A program made the position numbers and the translations under genes. Under the pieces are notes generated by a model. It was not told the origin of the DNA. It worked only from the letters and a program-made list of their open reading frames with translations, and searched no databases. 64,000 bases of DNA, taken from contig CP154954.1 of assembly GCA_039621445.1 (NCBI GenBank), positions 18,524,642-18,588,641 of the forward strand, in the 5' to 3' direction. Below are positions 13,501 through 27,900 of the stretch, piece after piece; the stretch's first letter is position 1, and each line of letters starts with the position of its first letter. Origin of the DNA: Euglena gracilis (taxonomy: Eukaryota).

Positions 13501-15239
13501 TGAACTGCACCGCCTAAGCACTGCTTCGGTTTCGGTGCAGGTAGCCGAAACTTCTCACCTCTCTTCAGACAGATGGGTTGGAGGCTGCCCAGATTTTCTC
13601 ACACTTCGCACGAGTTTCCGGCAGTGTTGCTAAATTGACCCCACCACTGGTCAGGTCAGAGTCAAGCCACCACTGGGGAAAATGGCACACGTGGAGCTGA
13701 GCAGACAGAGGCACTGGTTGTCCAGAGACGCTGTTCATTGGGAGGGAGGGCGGTCGTACGAGGAAGCAGAAGCAGAAGTTCCAAGATGGGAAGGGGAAAA
13801 CCCTGCGGAACTGGTGTGGAACAACGGCGCCAAAAACGTGACGTTGGTACAAAAATGTGACGTTGGCACAAAAGGCAGATGCCCGATCACACCAGCTCCC
13901 AAAGCATCGAGGCAAAACTGAGTGCAAATGGAATATCGGCTCTAACTTCCATGGCAAAAAGTTTTCAATGATGACGGCCTTTGCTCGTCACTTTTTCCAA
14001 TGGACACCATCAAAAAAAAAAAACGTACCGCTCGGCCACAGGGCCACAGGGGGAAACAGAATGGGTGTTGTAACAGTTGCAAAGTCTGTAGGGCACCCAA
14101 ATACTCAGCGTAAAGGATTCTGGCCCATGCGTTGAACGGGGTTCAACCTTCTTTTCAAGACCTCTCAAAACTCCCACTCATTTTTGGATGTTTTCCACAA
14201 AAGCCCACCTAAGTTGTAAATCATCTTGGGTTTCAACTCAATTTTTAAGAAGGACAATTGCAGGTGACCCAACAAAAATCAAGACCATAAAAAAGGAGCT
14301 GGTAAAAACTGTCAAAAAATATTACATGTCCAAAAGACAACTGACTGCCTTTTTGGGGCCAATTTCCAGCACTGCACGCCGCAAATGTTTGGCTGGACCC
14401 CAGTTGGAGGCTCCACCCCAGACCTGGAGGGGTCATGTAGGTGTTCAGTGAGTCTATGGTCTTGACTAAGGTGTGACTGAAACCAGGACAAAACATAATA
14501 CTTGGAACTTTCCTCGGACATGGCAGAGATTCAGCAGTATGGCTCATGCTTGTGTTTACCGACCGGGGGGGAGGGGGGTGGGTGGGTGCTCTAGGGTGCC
14601 TGCCCCTAGCAGGCACCCCCCCCCTGGGGGGGTCTGGGGGGACCCAGATTCCATTGAAAATGGCCTTTTCCGGGCCCCCGGCGCCTTTGGCGCCAGGGTC
14701 GGAGGGGGGTGCCTGCTATGGGCAGGCACCCCCCAAATTCCTACCCCCCCCCGGGGGTCGGATGGGGTGCTATGGGGTGCCTGCCCCTAGCACCCCCCCC
14801 CCCCGTGGGGTAGGCACCTGACTAAGCACAAGCCTGGTATGGCTGCACCAAACGTGCTGCATGGGACTGAGAGACGTCGAAGTGGATTCTTGGCACTTTC
14901 CACCGGAGAGGTCTGTTGAAACGGTTTTTGACAGAAAAGTCTCGTGGTTGACAAAAAAATGGATTCAAAAAGTTATCAGGTTTTATTTAAAAAAAAAACA
15001 TGAACCAACGTTTCCCGGTTCGATTTCGGACAGGACCGTTACACAAGCGTGCCACAGGCGTGCTATGGAAACCTTCGTAAGCCCCTACCAGCGCCAGTCC
15101 CCCTCCCCCGAGTCAAAGGTCTCCCGAAGTGACACATATGCAATGCAGTTTTCAAGGTCGGTCTCGAACTTGCCCCCCCATGCGATTCGATCTTGTCCCA
15201 GGCATGATCGAAGAGCCAACCGGGGTTAAAATTTGATTT

Positions 15240-16140
15240 TAGGAATTACTGGCGGGCCATGTGCAGCATTGGCTAAAAAGCATAAAAGTGGGAGGGGAGG
15301 TCACAAGTTGAGGTCAAAGTCCAAACCCCGGGGGCCAACTTTGCATGTAAGGAGGAGGGGGGCAAGTGTGTGGGCGTGGGCGGGTGGGTGCTGGTGAGTG
15401 GGTGTTGGGGTGGGTAGGTGTATTCACTTCCCTTTCTTTCCTTTAGAAGAAACCAGTGCATACCAATGGTGGTTTCGGTTGTGATTGTGGTTGTGGCTGT
15501 TGTGGTTGTTATTTTGGTTGTTGTCGTTATGGTTGTGATTGTTGTTGTGGTTGTGGTTTTGGTTGCCGTTGTTGTTGTTGTTGTTATGGTTGTGGTTGCG
15601 GTTGTTGTTGTTGCTGCTGCTGCTGCTGCTGGTGCTGTTGTTGTTGTTGTTGTTGCGTGATTATCTCCACAAAGATGCCACAAAGATTGCAAAGCAACAA
15701 GGGGGTGCTTGAAATACCCCGCGCACTCTTGGCAGACAGACTGCAGCACTCAAACTGTGGACTGAACAAGCAATCCAAATATCAATTTCACTTTTCAAAG
15801 TGTACAAACGGCTGGAGAAAAATCATCCAGAATCCCGCACTGGAGACCAGGCACGTGAGGCGCAAGGCAGGGGAAACCACCACGTCAAAAATTGTGTGTT
15901 TCAACGACAGATTTAACACTCCCGTGTTACGTGCACGCAGGCCTCCCCATATGCTCATGTCTGAGTTACGATGCCATAGGGAGTACCCCCTGTGGGGGCC
16001 CTTGCCCCCAGATCTTGCCCCCCTCCTCCTTACATGCAAAGTTGGCCCCCTGAGTTTGGACTTTGGCCTCAACTTGTGACCTTCCCTTCCACTTTTAGGC
16101 TTTTTAGCCAACGTTGCGCATGGCCCGCCGGAAATTATCA
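15240..16140. mobile_element. Long-TIR (~125 bp) foldback element enclosing a (GTT)n/(GCT)n tract; duplicate at ~21560-22460
   Basis: 15240-15365 is the reverse complement of 16014-16140 (GGCGGGCCATG...AACTTTGCATGTAAGGAGGAGGGGG). Confidence 0.7.
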
Positions 16141-17258
16141 ACACCGAACTTGCCCAGCATTCCAGTGTGCCAGTCGCAGTACAACAAAAAGCTTAAATCC
16201 GAAAATGAGCCGCCCAAACCACCTCCTACTTTTCAACCCCAGGGTTTACAAGATCTGGTTTGGTTGGTCGGTCGAAGGAGGGTTTATAAATAGGGAGGGG
16301 GGCGTAAGTCAAGGAATTCAAGGCATTCAAGGGATAAGTCAAGGAAAACCCAACCCCAAAATGACTCCAAAACTCCCCCAAATTGGAAAATTTTGGCAAA
16401 AGTTGTCAAAATTTCATTTTTGATGACCATCCATTCCAAAAAAAAAAACGCCAAATCATTTTTCGGAGGTTTTGCGGCCAAAAAAAAAATCGTCCCCGGT
16501 CTTTCATTTCGCTTCTGAAAGGTTTGGCTGGTCGGCCTGTAGGGAGCCGGTAGGGAGGGGGGTTATAAATGGGAGGGTTATAGGTCATAAATGGGGCGGG
16601 TTCATAAGTAAACCCCGCCCCCCTCACTTTTAACCCCCCCACTTATAAACCCCCCCCCCCGGGCCGACCAACCAAACTGGATCCTATAACCCCCCCAGGA
16701 AGAAAAATGGAAACCGCCGGAGACGATTTTTCCGGCCCCAAACCACCCAAAAACTGGTTTTTTGGCAATTTTTTGAGACCGACCATCATCATCAAAAAAA
16801 TGCCATTTTTGACCAAATTTGCCGAAAATTGTTAATTTGGGGGGTTTCGGGGTGATTTTGGGGGGTCGGATTTTCACCAACACTTCCGGATCCTATAAAC
16901 CAGGTTTTGAACAGTGCTGAGCTCTTAATAAACGCTCACCCACCCCTTCATTGACGCCCCCAAAAGAGTGGGTTGACAGCCCAAACCGGGGGGCGTTGGC
17001 GGGTCGAAAAACGCTCATTTTTCGGCCCAAAAACAGTTCTTTTGGGTCCGGGACGCCAAAAAAACATCGTTTCAGGCAAAAAAAATTTTCGATTTTTTCG
17101 ACTTTTTTTGACCCGAAAATCACCCAAAGTCAATGGGTTGGCGGCCCAAAACGAACGCTCATTTTCGGCTCAAAAACAAATTTTCCGGGTCCGGGAGGCC
17201 AAAAAACAGCGTTTCAGGCCGAAAAATTTTTCGATTTTTTTCGATTTTTTTTTGACCC

Positions 17259-17508
17259 GATGCGCATCATGGGTCATGATGGGCATCACGGGTCAGGATG
17301 GGCATCATGGGTCACGATGCGCATTACGGGTCACGATGCGCATCATGGGTCATGATGGGCATCATGGGTCATGATGCGCATCATGGGTCATGATGCGCAT
17401 TATGGGTCATAATGGCCATCATGGGTCATGGTGGCCATCATGGGTCATGATGCGCATCATGGGTCATGATGGGCATCATGGCCATCATGGGTCATGATGA
17501 CCGTGATG
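17259..17508. repeat. 19-bp tandem repeat ATGGGTCATGATGCGCATC; duplicate 23589-23858
   Basis: About 13 contiguous units, no spacers. Confidence 0.9.
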
Positions 17509-17517
17509 GGCCGGGGG

Positions 17518-17751
17518 CAGGGTTCGATATAAGGAGAGGAGGGGTGGTCCGGACCCCCCTGCGGGCCAGGAGGGGGGGGGGGTGGGGGTAGACCCCCCCA
17601 CCTAAACAGTGGCGCTGTCTGGGTGACCGAATTTCGGCCCGGTGCGAAGAGCCGGGCCTAAAATTTTTGACCCCCCAAAACGACCAAAAGTGCCATTTTG
17701 GGCACTTTTTGGGCAAAATGTGCAAAAAATACAAAAAATTTTCGCGCGCAA
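17518..17751. mobile_element. hAT-like MITE family A, cut by the assembly gap (duplicate of 23867)
   Basis: Left TIR with flank GCCGGGGG; ends at the N run. Confidence 0.8.
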
Positions 17752-18747
17752 NNNNNNNNNNNNNCCGCAGAGAAACGAGTTTATCCCTAAGAACAGGAAC
17801 CATATTTTTTTGTGCAAAATGTTATGTGGTTTGCACCGTGTTGCACGTTTCTGAGACAAAAAAACTGCACCTGCCATGGATTTTAATACCTCCCCCCTCC
17901 TGGGGCGCTTGGCCCGGGCCAAGCTCGAACCAAAGCGAAGGTAAGGCCCATGGTTGCCAAGTTTCATTGTTAAGAAGTTTGGCGGCCATGAAGAATGAAG
18001 GCCAACTTTGCAGCTTTGGGGAGCCAAGTTTGCATGTAAGGAGGAGGGGGGCCAAGCGCCGGGGGGCGGGGGAGGTGGAGGAACTGTTCAAGATAGATGC
18101 AACACATTCCGTGACCAAAGTTTTGCATCCAAAACAAACAGACAAAATGCTTTGCCAAATAATACCCCCTCCCAGATGGGGGTATCATCATCCCTTGGCA
18201 GGGGGGGAATATCATTTGGGGGCTTATTTTTTTCAATAAAATTAGATGGTCACGGTTTGGGTACGTACACATCCAAATACACATATGCACCAATATACAC
18301 CACCTCAAAACCACTTCAACCACTCGACCACCCGACCACCTCAAAACGGCAGCGGACGAGGGCTGTCAACTGTGGCCTCGCAGCAGTCCCCAGAAGGTCG
18401 CTCCCCAGAAGAGGCCAGCCCCAACCCAAAGCACCCCGTTCCACTTGGTGCAAAGAGGCTGGAGGAAGGGAGGACGACGTGGGGTGCCGCAGGGCGGAGG
18501 CCAGGGTACAGTCCCGAGGGGGAAGACCCGGTACAAATATGCAGGTTGCTGGATATGGGGATGGTGGGCGTCAGTGGTGCCGAGCCATGAGGGCCCAGAA
18601 ACCTGCTTCATTTCAGTGCAAAGCCATTCACAAGTTTGCACAAAGGCATCGGATGGACGCATTTTGACAGGACCACGGGTTTTTTTAGGACCCCCCAGAA
18701 AAAAAGGTGCCGGGCGAACACCCCCCCCAGGGGTGGTGGGTCCAGGG

Positions 18748-19137
18748 CAGGGTTCGATATAAGGACAGGTGGGGGGGGGGGTCTGGACCCCCTGCGGGCC
18801 AGGAGGGGGGGGGGGGGTGGGGGGGACACCCCCCCCACCTAAACAGTGGCGCGGTCAGGGTGACCGAAAATTTTTGACCCCCCAAAACGACCAAAAGTGC
18901 CATTTTGGGCACTTTTTGGGCAAAAATTTGCCAGAAATGCAAAAAAAATTATCGGCGCAAAGCGCCAGAGGAAAAAGTTGACCCTTTTGGGGGGGGGGGG
19001 GGCCGGGGGACCCCCCCAGGGTCGGTCCGGACCCCCCTTGCAGGTGGGGGGGGGGGGTCCAAACCCCCCTGTGGGCGAGGGGGGGGGGGGGACACCCCCC
19101 ACCTAAACCATGTACGCCCTCCTTATATAAAACCCTG
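18748..19137. mobile_element. hAT-like MITE family A (duplicate of 12429)
   Basis: TIRs and TSD GTCCAGGG. Confidence 0.88.
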
Positions 19138-22100
19138 GTCCAGGGGGGGGGGAGGTGCGACCGGCTGGGAGCTGGAGCCGGCAAGAAACCAAAAAAGGCC
19201 CAAATTCAGTAGGGTTGCCATTTGTCAGCCAAAATTTGGAGGTGAAAACCCAACAACCACCAAAAAAATGCCATTTTTGATAATTTTTGACCCCTTTTTC
19301 AAAAACTTTCAGTACTTTGCGCCGAAAATTTTTTCGGTCTAGCCTGGCTTTGCTGGGCTGGCCCGGACGTTATTTCAGCAGACCCCTGGGGGCAGCCAGT
19401 AGGGAGGTGCTGGCTTGAAAAAAAAGGTGCTGGGTGGCTGCCCTCCCCCCGGGAGGGGGAAGTATCCCCTCAGGCTTGGGAAAAATCCTGGACGTACGAC
19501 TCTGTCTTTTGCAGGTAGAGCCCTGAGGTTGTGGGGACACGCTCGTCGCTTTTCTTCCGGCCACATGTATGTGTAAACATACATGTATACATGTATGCTT
19601 TTATGTGTATCCATGTGCAAAAACATGTAATCATTTATATGCATATACCAAAAAAAAAAAACGTGTGCATTTTTATGTATATGAATGGGATATATACATA
19701 TATACCATATATATAGATATATATATATCTATATATATCCCATATATAGATATATATATAGATATAATACATACATATGTATGCATTGCAATATTGTATT
19801 GCAATGCATACATATGTATATGAACTGCACCGCCTAAGCACTGCTTCGGTTTCGGTGCAGGTAGCCGAAACTTCTCACCTCTCTTCAGACAGATGGGTTG
19901 GAGGCTGCCCAGATTTTCTCACACTTCGCACGAGTTTCCGGCAGTGTTGCTAAATTGACCCCACCACTGGTCAGGTCAGAGTCAAGCCACCACTGGGGAA
20001 AATGGCACACGTGGAGCTGAGCAGACAGAGGCACTGGTTGTCCAGAGACGCTGTTCATTGGGAGGGAGGGCGGTCGTACGAGGAAGCAGAAGCAGAAGTT
20101 CCAAGATGGGAAGGGGAAAACCCTGCGGAACTGGTGTGGAACAACGGCGCCAAAAACGTGACGTTGGTACAAAAATGTGACGTTGGCACAAAAGGCAGAT
20201 GCCCGATCACACCAGCTCCCAAAGCATCGAGGCAAAACTGAGTGCAAATGGAACATCGGCTCTAACTTCCATGGCAAAAAGTTTTCAATGATGACGGCCT
20301 TTGCTCGTCACTTTTTCCAATGGACACCATCAAAAAAAAAAAAACGTACCGCTCGGCCACAGGGCCACAGGGGGAAACAGAATGGGTGTTGTAACAGTTG
20401 CAAAGTCTGTAGGGCACCCAAATACTCAGCGTAAAGGATTCTGGCCCATGCGTTGAACGGGGTTCAACCTTCTTTTCAAGACCTCTCAAAACTCCCACTC
20501 ATTTTTGGATGTTTTCCACAAAAGCCCACCTAAGTTGTAAATCATCTTGGGTTTCAACTCAATTTTTAAGAAGGACAATTGCAGGTGCCCCAACAAAAAA
20601 TCAAGACCATAAAAAAGGAGCTGGTAAAAACTGTCAAAAAATATTACATGTCCAAAAGACAACTGACTGCCTTTTTGGGGCCAATTTCCAGCACTGCACG
20701 CCGCAAATGTTTGGCTGGACCCCAGTTGGAGGCTCCACCCCAGACCTGGAGGGGTCATGTAGGTGTTCAGTGAGTCTATGGTCTTGACTAAGGTGTGACT
20801 GAAACCAGGACAAAACATAATACTTGGAACTTTCCTCGGACATGGCAGAGATTCAGCAGTATGGCTCATGCTTGTGTTTACCGACCGGGGGGGAGGGGGG
20901 TGGGTGGGTGCTCTAGGGTGCCTGCCCCTAGCAGGCACCCCCCCCCTGGGGGGGTCTGGGGGGACCCAGATTCCATTGAAAATGGCCTTTTCCGGGCCCC
21001 CGGCGCCTTTGGCGCCAGGGTCGGAGGGGGGTGCCTGCTATGGGCAGGCACCCCCCAAATTCCTACCCCCCCCCCGGGGGTCGGATGGGGTGCTATGGGG
21101 TGCCTGCCCCTAGCACCCCCCCCCCGTGGGGTAGGCACCTGACTAAGCACAAGCCTGGTATGGCTGCACCAAACGTGCTGCATGGGACTGAGAGACGTCG
21201 AAGTGGATTCTTGGCACTTTCCACCGGAGAGGTCTGTTGAAACGGTTTTTGACAGAAAAGTCTCGTGGTTGACAAAAAAATGGATTCAAAAAGTTATCAG
21301 GTTTTATTTAAAAAAAAACATGAACCAACGTTTCCCGGTTCGATTTCGGACAGGACCGTTACACAAGCGTGCCACAGGCGTGCTATGGAAACCTTCGTAA
21401 GCCCCTACCAGCGCCAGTCCCCCTCCCCCGAGTCAAAGGTCTCCCGAAGTGACACATATGCAATGCAGTTTTCAAGGTCGGTCTCGAACTTGCCCCCCCC
21501 ATGCGATTCGATCTTGTCCCAGGCATGATCGAAGAGCCAACCGGGGTTAAAATTTGATTTTAGGAATTACTGGCGGGCCATGTGCAGCATTGGCTAAAAA
21601 GCATAAAAGTGGGAGGGGAGGTCACAAGTTGAGGTCAAAGTCCAAACCCCGGGGGCCAACTTTGCATGTAAGGAGGAGGGGGGCAAGTGTGTGGGCGTGG
21701 GCGGGTGGGTGCTGGTGAGTGGGTGTTGGGGTGGGTAGGTGTATTCACTTCCCTTTCTTTCCTTTAGAAGAAACCAGTGCATACCAATGGTGGTTTCGGT
21801 TGTGATTGTGGTTGTGGCTGTTGTGGTTGTTATTTTGGTTGTTGTCGTTATGGTTGTGATTGTTGTTGTGGTTGTGGTTTTGGTTGCCGTTGTTGTTGTT
21901 GTTGTTATGGTTGTGGTTGCGGTTGTTGTTGTTGCTGCTGCTGCTGCTGCTGGTGCTGTTGTTGTTGTTGTTGTTGCGTGATTATCTCCACAAAGATGCC
22001 ACAAAGATTGCAAAGCAACAAGGGGGTGCTTGAAATACCCCGCGCACTCTTGGCAGACAGACTGCAGCACTCAAACTGTGGACTGAACAAGCAATCCAAA

Positions 22101-23244
22101 TATCAATTTCACTTTTCAAAGTGTACAAACGGCTGGAGAAAAATCATCCAGAATCCCGCACTGGAGACCAGGCACGTGAGGCGCAAGGCAGGGGAAACCA
22201 CCACGTCAAAAATTGTGTGTTTCAACGACAGATTTAACACTCCCGTGTTACGTGCACGCAGGCCTCCCCATATGCTCATGTCTGAGTTACGATGCCATAG
22301 GGAGTACCCCCTGTGGGGGCCCTTGCCCCCAGATCTTGCCCCCCTCCTCCTTACATGCAAAGTTGGCCCCCTGAGTTTGGACTTTGGCCTCAACTTGTGA
22401 CCTTCCCTTCCACTTTTAGGCTTTTTAGCCAACGTTGCGCATGGCCCGCCGGAAATTATCAACACCGAACTTGCCCAGCATTCCAGTGTGCCAGTCGCAG
22501 TACAACAAAAAGCTTAAATCCGAAAATGAGCCGCCCAAACCACCTCCTACTTTTCAACCCCAGGGTTTACAAGATCTGGTTTGGTTGGTCGGTCGAAGGA
22601 GGGTTTATAAATAGGGAGGGGGGCGTAAGTAAGTCAAGAAATTCAAGGCATTCAAGGGATAAGTCAAGGAAAACCCAACCCCAAAATGACTCCAAAACTC
22701 CCCCAAATTGGAAAATTTTGGCAAAAGTTGTCAAAATTTCATTTTTGATGACCATCCATTCCAAAAAAAAAAACGCCAAATCATTTTTCGGAGGTTTTGC
22801 GGCCAAAAAAAAAATCGTCCCCGGTCTTTCATTTCGCTTCTGAAAGGTTTGGCTGGTCGGCCTGTAGGGAGCCGGTAGGGAGGGGGGGGGTTATAAATGG
22901 GAGGGTTATAGGTCATAAATGGGGCGGGTTCATAAGTAAACCCCGCCCCCCTCACTTTTAACCCCCCCACTTATAAACCCCCCCCCCCCGGGCCGACCAA
23001 CCAAACTGGATCCTATAACCCCCCCAGGAAGAAAAATGGAAACCGCCGGAGACGATTTTTCCGGCCCCAAACCACCCAAAAACTGGTTTTTTGGCAATTT
23101 TTTGAGACCGACCATCATCATCAAAAAAATGCCATTTTTGACCAAATTTGCCGAAAATTGTTAATTTGGGGGGTTTCGGGGTGATTTTGGGGGGTCGGAT
23201 TTTCACCAACACTTCCGGATCCTATAAACCAGGTTTTGAACAGT

Positions 23245-24939
23245 GCTGAGCTCTTAATAAACGCTCACCCACCCCTTCATTGACGCCCCCAAAAGAGTGG
23301 GTTGACAGCCCAAACCGGGGGGCGTTGGCGGGTCGAAAAACGCTCATTTTTCGGCCCAAAAACAGTTCTTTTGGGTCCGGGACGCCAAAAAAACATCGTT
23401 TCAGGCAAAAAAAATTTTTCGATTTTTTCGACTTTTTTTGACCCGAAAATCACCCAAAGTCAATGGGTTGGCGGCCCAAAACGAACGCTCATTTTCGGCT
23501 CAAAAACAAATTTTCCGGGTCCGGGAGGCCAAAAAACAGCGTTTCAGGCCGAAAAATTTTTCGATTTTTTTCGATTTTTTTTTGACCCGATGCGCATCAT
23601 GGGTCATGATGGGCATCACGGGTCAGGATGGGCATCACGGGTCAGGATGGGCATCAGGGGTCACGATGCGCATTACGGGTCACGATGCGCATCATGGGTC
23701 ATGATGGGCATCATGGGTCATGATGCGCATTATGGGTCATAATGGCCATCATGGGTCATGGTGGCCATCATGGGTCATGATGCGCATCATGGGTCATGAT
23801 GCGCATCATGGGTCATGATGGGCATCATGGCCATCATGGGTCATGATGACCGTGATGGGCCGGGGGCAGGGTTCGATATAAGGAGAGGAGGGGGGGTGGT
23901 CCGGACCCCCCTGCGGGCCAGGAGGGGGGGGGTGGGGGGACACCCCCCCACCTAAACAGTGGCGCGGTCTGGGTGACCGAATTTCGGCCCGGCGCGAAGA
24001 GCCGGGCCGAAAATTTTTGACCCCCCAAAACGACCAAAAGTGCCATTTTGGGCACTTTTTGGGCAAAAATGTGCCAAAAATACAAAAAATTTTCGGCGCA
24101 AAGCGCCGGAGGAAAAAATTGACCCTTTTTGGGGGAGTCCCGGGTACCCCTTAGATGCCCGGGTACCCCCGGGTACCCCCCGAGGGTCGGTCCGGACCCC
24201 CCTGGCAGGTGGGGGGGGGGGGTGGGCCGGACCCCCCCTGCGGGCCAGGAGGGGGGGGGTGGGGGGACACCCCCCCACCTAAACCATGTACGCCCTCCTT
24301 ATATCAAACCCTGGCCGGGGGTCGAAAAACACATTTTTGGCTCGAAAACACTTTTTCCGAGTCCGGGAGGCCAAAAAGCATGGATTTGGGCAAAAAAAAA
24401 ATCGATATTTTTCGACTATTTTGGCCGAAAACGGCTTAGTCCACCAGTGGAAAAAGTGTACAAAATGGCCCATATTGGCCGAAAAACGGCCGTATCTCGG
24501 GCTACGCGAACAGTTGCGGGGAAATCAAAATGCCGGTAGATGGGGCGTTCCAAGGGCTTCAAATCAGGTCTCCGGACATTTCCTTTGATTTGGCTTCATT
24601 TTTGAGATATTTTGAAAATTGGCATTTTTTTTTGGCTGAAATGGCAGAGTCCAAAGGGGGGGGGGGCTTATCCAGGGGGGGGCGGGCCAATCCTACCCAG
24701 TTTGGACCCCTTCGCGCGTGAATAACTCCGGCCTGGCGGGGAGTTGGGGGTCAAACCCAGGTGATTCGGAAATTAGAAATCCAGTCACTCGCGTCTGGAA
24801 AAAAAAATCCAGGAACCAGGCCGGGATCATGGTGATAATCCGCCGGTTCCGAGGTGGCCCCGAGGGGGGGGGGGGGTTCGGGGGGGTTTTCCCCCAGGGG
24901 TAAGCTTCGCTCTTACCCATAAAGGGATAAGAGCTCAGC
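23245..24939. mobile_element. Element G (GCTGAGCTCTTA...TAAGAGCTCAGC) with a 19-bp tandem array and nested MITE A
   Basis: 12-bp TIR; inverted related copy at ~31680-33110; left part duplicated at 16915-17517. Confidence 0.65.
23867..24313. mobile_element. hAT-like MITE family A nested in element G
   Basis: TIRs and 8-bp TSD GCCGGGGG. Confidence 0.9.
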
Positions 24940-27900
24940 GACCCCCCCCGCACCTATAACCCCCCCCCCTTCGGCCGACCAACCAAACCGGATCCTATAA
25001 ACCCCGGGGGGTTTATAAGTGGGGGGGTATAAGATGCAGCCCTCCAACCCTCCAAACGATGCTGGACCAGCCTTCCAAGGAGTGGCCACGAACCCCACAG
25101 GACAGTCGGGTCTGGCCCTGCGAACATACCAGCCAGTTGCATTGCAAACAGCGCACAGGGAAACGCAACTGCCATTTGAACTGCTCGCAAACAATTAACA
25201 TACACGCAGGGGCTAGAGTCACTGTCTGGTGGGACCGTGACGACCCAACAACGATGGAATGGCCCGGAGGCTTGCATACACGTTGATCAGTCATCATTCA
25301 TCAGTCATCCTTTTATGAGAAGCCTTACCTCCACGTCATTTTGATACGAGTGTGAGAACACACCCAATCGACACAGCACACTGCAAAGATCAGGTTGCAG
25401 ATAGAAATGCAATGGAAATGCATAGCTGAACAACATCTGCGTGAATTCATTTTGAAGAACCAATAGAAAATGAGAAAAGAAATTGGGTGATCTCAGGCCA
25501 TTTTCTTTTACCTTGACCAAGTTCTTGCCTCCGCAGCCAGCGTTGCCAGGGGTTACCAGCATGTGTTGTTTGAAGCTGGAACTAAAAGACACCCACTCCA
25601 GCGTTGACCTCCTCTCCAACTTTCCCGGGCTGTCTTTTGAGTGGCAAAGCAAAAAGGTTCACAAACTGAAAAACTCTTACTTAAAAACTTTTACTCTCAC
25701 ACAACTATTTTTAGATTTGCCAGAGCCCTGTGGCAGAGCTTGCTGGGGTCTTCTGTGTGGGGCAGGGCTGTGCTGGTGTGCACACATCACAGCCCATGGG
25801 CTAACGTAGGCTTTGGGGCTTGGGGGTGAGCCTACCCACAAAACTTGAGGGTGAATAAAAACTTTCTGGCGCACTGTGTGTAAATTCAATTTAATCCAAA
25901 ACTCTCACCTGCTCATTGATCCCAACTGTTTGAAAATGAGAGTTTCGGCCCGGCTGAGTTCAACGGCTTTTGGGGGAGTGAATGTGACAGAAAAAAATGA
26001 TAAAACAAGAACGAACAATCAAAACCCCAAACGAAACCCAAGTTCAGCATTATTAATAAATTTTATTTATTTATTTAAATAAAATAAATTGGGGCAGGTC
26101 CAGGCATACAAAAAGGTCAAAAAAAACATGCTTTTTTCGATTTTTGTTTTGCCAAAAGCTTCAAAAGGGACAAACGTCATTTTTCCAAGCAGAAATTAAT
26201 TAAAAGGCAGAAAAAAAAGAGCTCAAAAACAACAAAACTTGCCAAAAGTTAAAAATAAAAACAGCAACAAAAGAAAGTGTTGATGTTACCACGTGCAGAA
26301 TATGTAAATGAACACAAATGAAATTTTTTTTCGTAAACAGACATTTATTTTTGTGGTTCACAATCCTTTGTCAACCACACGGAAACTGATCGAACAGAAG
26401 CCCAGGGGGGGGGGGGTGTTCAGAGAACATAAGAATAATGTCGGCAATTGGAAATCCCACCCTGCTGGAAAGGTGTGTCGTAAATGAGACATATACCAAC
26501 CAGGGTGCTTCTTTAACGCACCCCCCCCTGTGTGCACTGTGGCTGGGTTTTTTTATTGGTGCCTTTTATCCCTTCTTCTGGCCTGGCGCTGTTTTTCGCC
26601 TCTGGCCCATTCTGTCTGTGTACGTGGAGGTGGCCAGAGCCTGGCGGGACTTACCTTGTTCTACACCTTTTCGCCTCAGTGCTGCTCTGGCCTCTTGCCC
26701 TCTTCCCACTTTTCTGTGTGGGGGATGCATGGCGCAGACACAACGCCATGACTTGCAACGTTCCGGTGTGGCCCGTCCACGGTCCTGCGGCTTCGGTAAA
26801 CCCGGGTTTCCAAGTCTCGGCCTTTAGTGCAGGTGGCGGGTGGGTAGTGTGCTGCTGGGTACCAGTGGTTCCCTTACATACTGGTACCTGCGCTCCGTGC
26901 CCTGTCTGGGGTTGGTTTGGGCGGTCCGCTGCCTCGTGTGGGCCCCTCCTCCCCTGCTGGCTTCCACCTTTGGGGCACCCCACCCTGGGGGGGGGGGGGG
27001 GTGCACTATGGGTCAAGTTTCTGCCCGGCCGAAGGCCAGGCAGAAACAAAAGTTGAGCGTTTTTGGCCGATTTTGGCTGGAGTTTGGGTGGGTGGGTGGG
27101 TGGTTGACCCTGGGGGGTGAGGGGTTGTGGGCGGGGGTGGGTGGGTTTTCGAAAAAACTGGGTGAGTGGGTTTGGGCCGGGGAAAAAAAAAGTGACCCCC
27201 CCCCAAGGGGCTACCAAGTGAATTTATGGGCTGGATGGTAACGGTTTCAGAGGCACAAAAATGGCCAAAAAAATTGGTCAAAAATGAAAAATGGATGAAA
27301 ATGGGTCAGAAAAAGGCTGGCCAGGGCAAATTTGGGGTCAAAAATTGATCATTTGCATAATTCGCAGGTTTTTTGGTCAATTTTTGTGGTTTCTACTTTG
27401 GCACCCGGTTCGACCACAGGTCGGGCGCAGTTCCAGCCCAAGACCCAAACCCCCCGGGGTGGGGGTCAAACTTTCTGAAGCTACGCCCTGATGCCAACAA
27501 TCTCCACAAAAAAACGTTTTTTCCCCAGTCCGGGTTGTGGATTCAAGAAACAGGTTAGGCAGTGGATAACGTCAGCTTGGACACACGATTGGGGGGAATG
27601 CGAGGTGGAGGTGACACGTTCATGACCACAACACAACGCCGCGCACGCATCACTCCTTGAAAAACGCAGCGAAAGGGGAAAGCTTTAGGTTTTACCACCA
27701 TAAAGCCTCAGAACCTGCAAGGGAAAACGGGGTCCAGAACGACGTTGCAACCAGGCTATTTCTCCTTCGAAACGGTGAGAAGACAGGTCGCGAAGGAAAC
27801 CTTCCGCAAAGGGTGGGAGACCAGCAAAGTCTTCAGGTCGGTCGGACATCCCCCCGGCGGGTGCACAGCTCCCGGGTCGCCCAACCCGGGAAACAGCCTT

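Larger units (their letters stand above)
11449..24101. repeat. 6.3-kb direct duplication (11449-17751 = 17765-24101) across a 13-N gap; probable assembly artefact
   Basis: Near-identical copies differing mainly in homopolymer lengths; both breakpoints fall at the gap 17752-17764. Confidence 0.9.

Noticed and set aside
15273-16079. Thr-, Gln- or Cys-rich (metallothionein-like) ORFs
   Set aside because: A (GTT)n/(GCT)n microsatellite inside a foldback element.
17259-17508. CRISPR-like palindromic repeats
   Set aside because: Head-to-tail 19-mers without spacers, inside a transposon.
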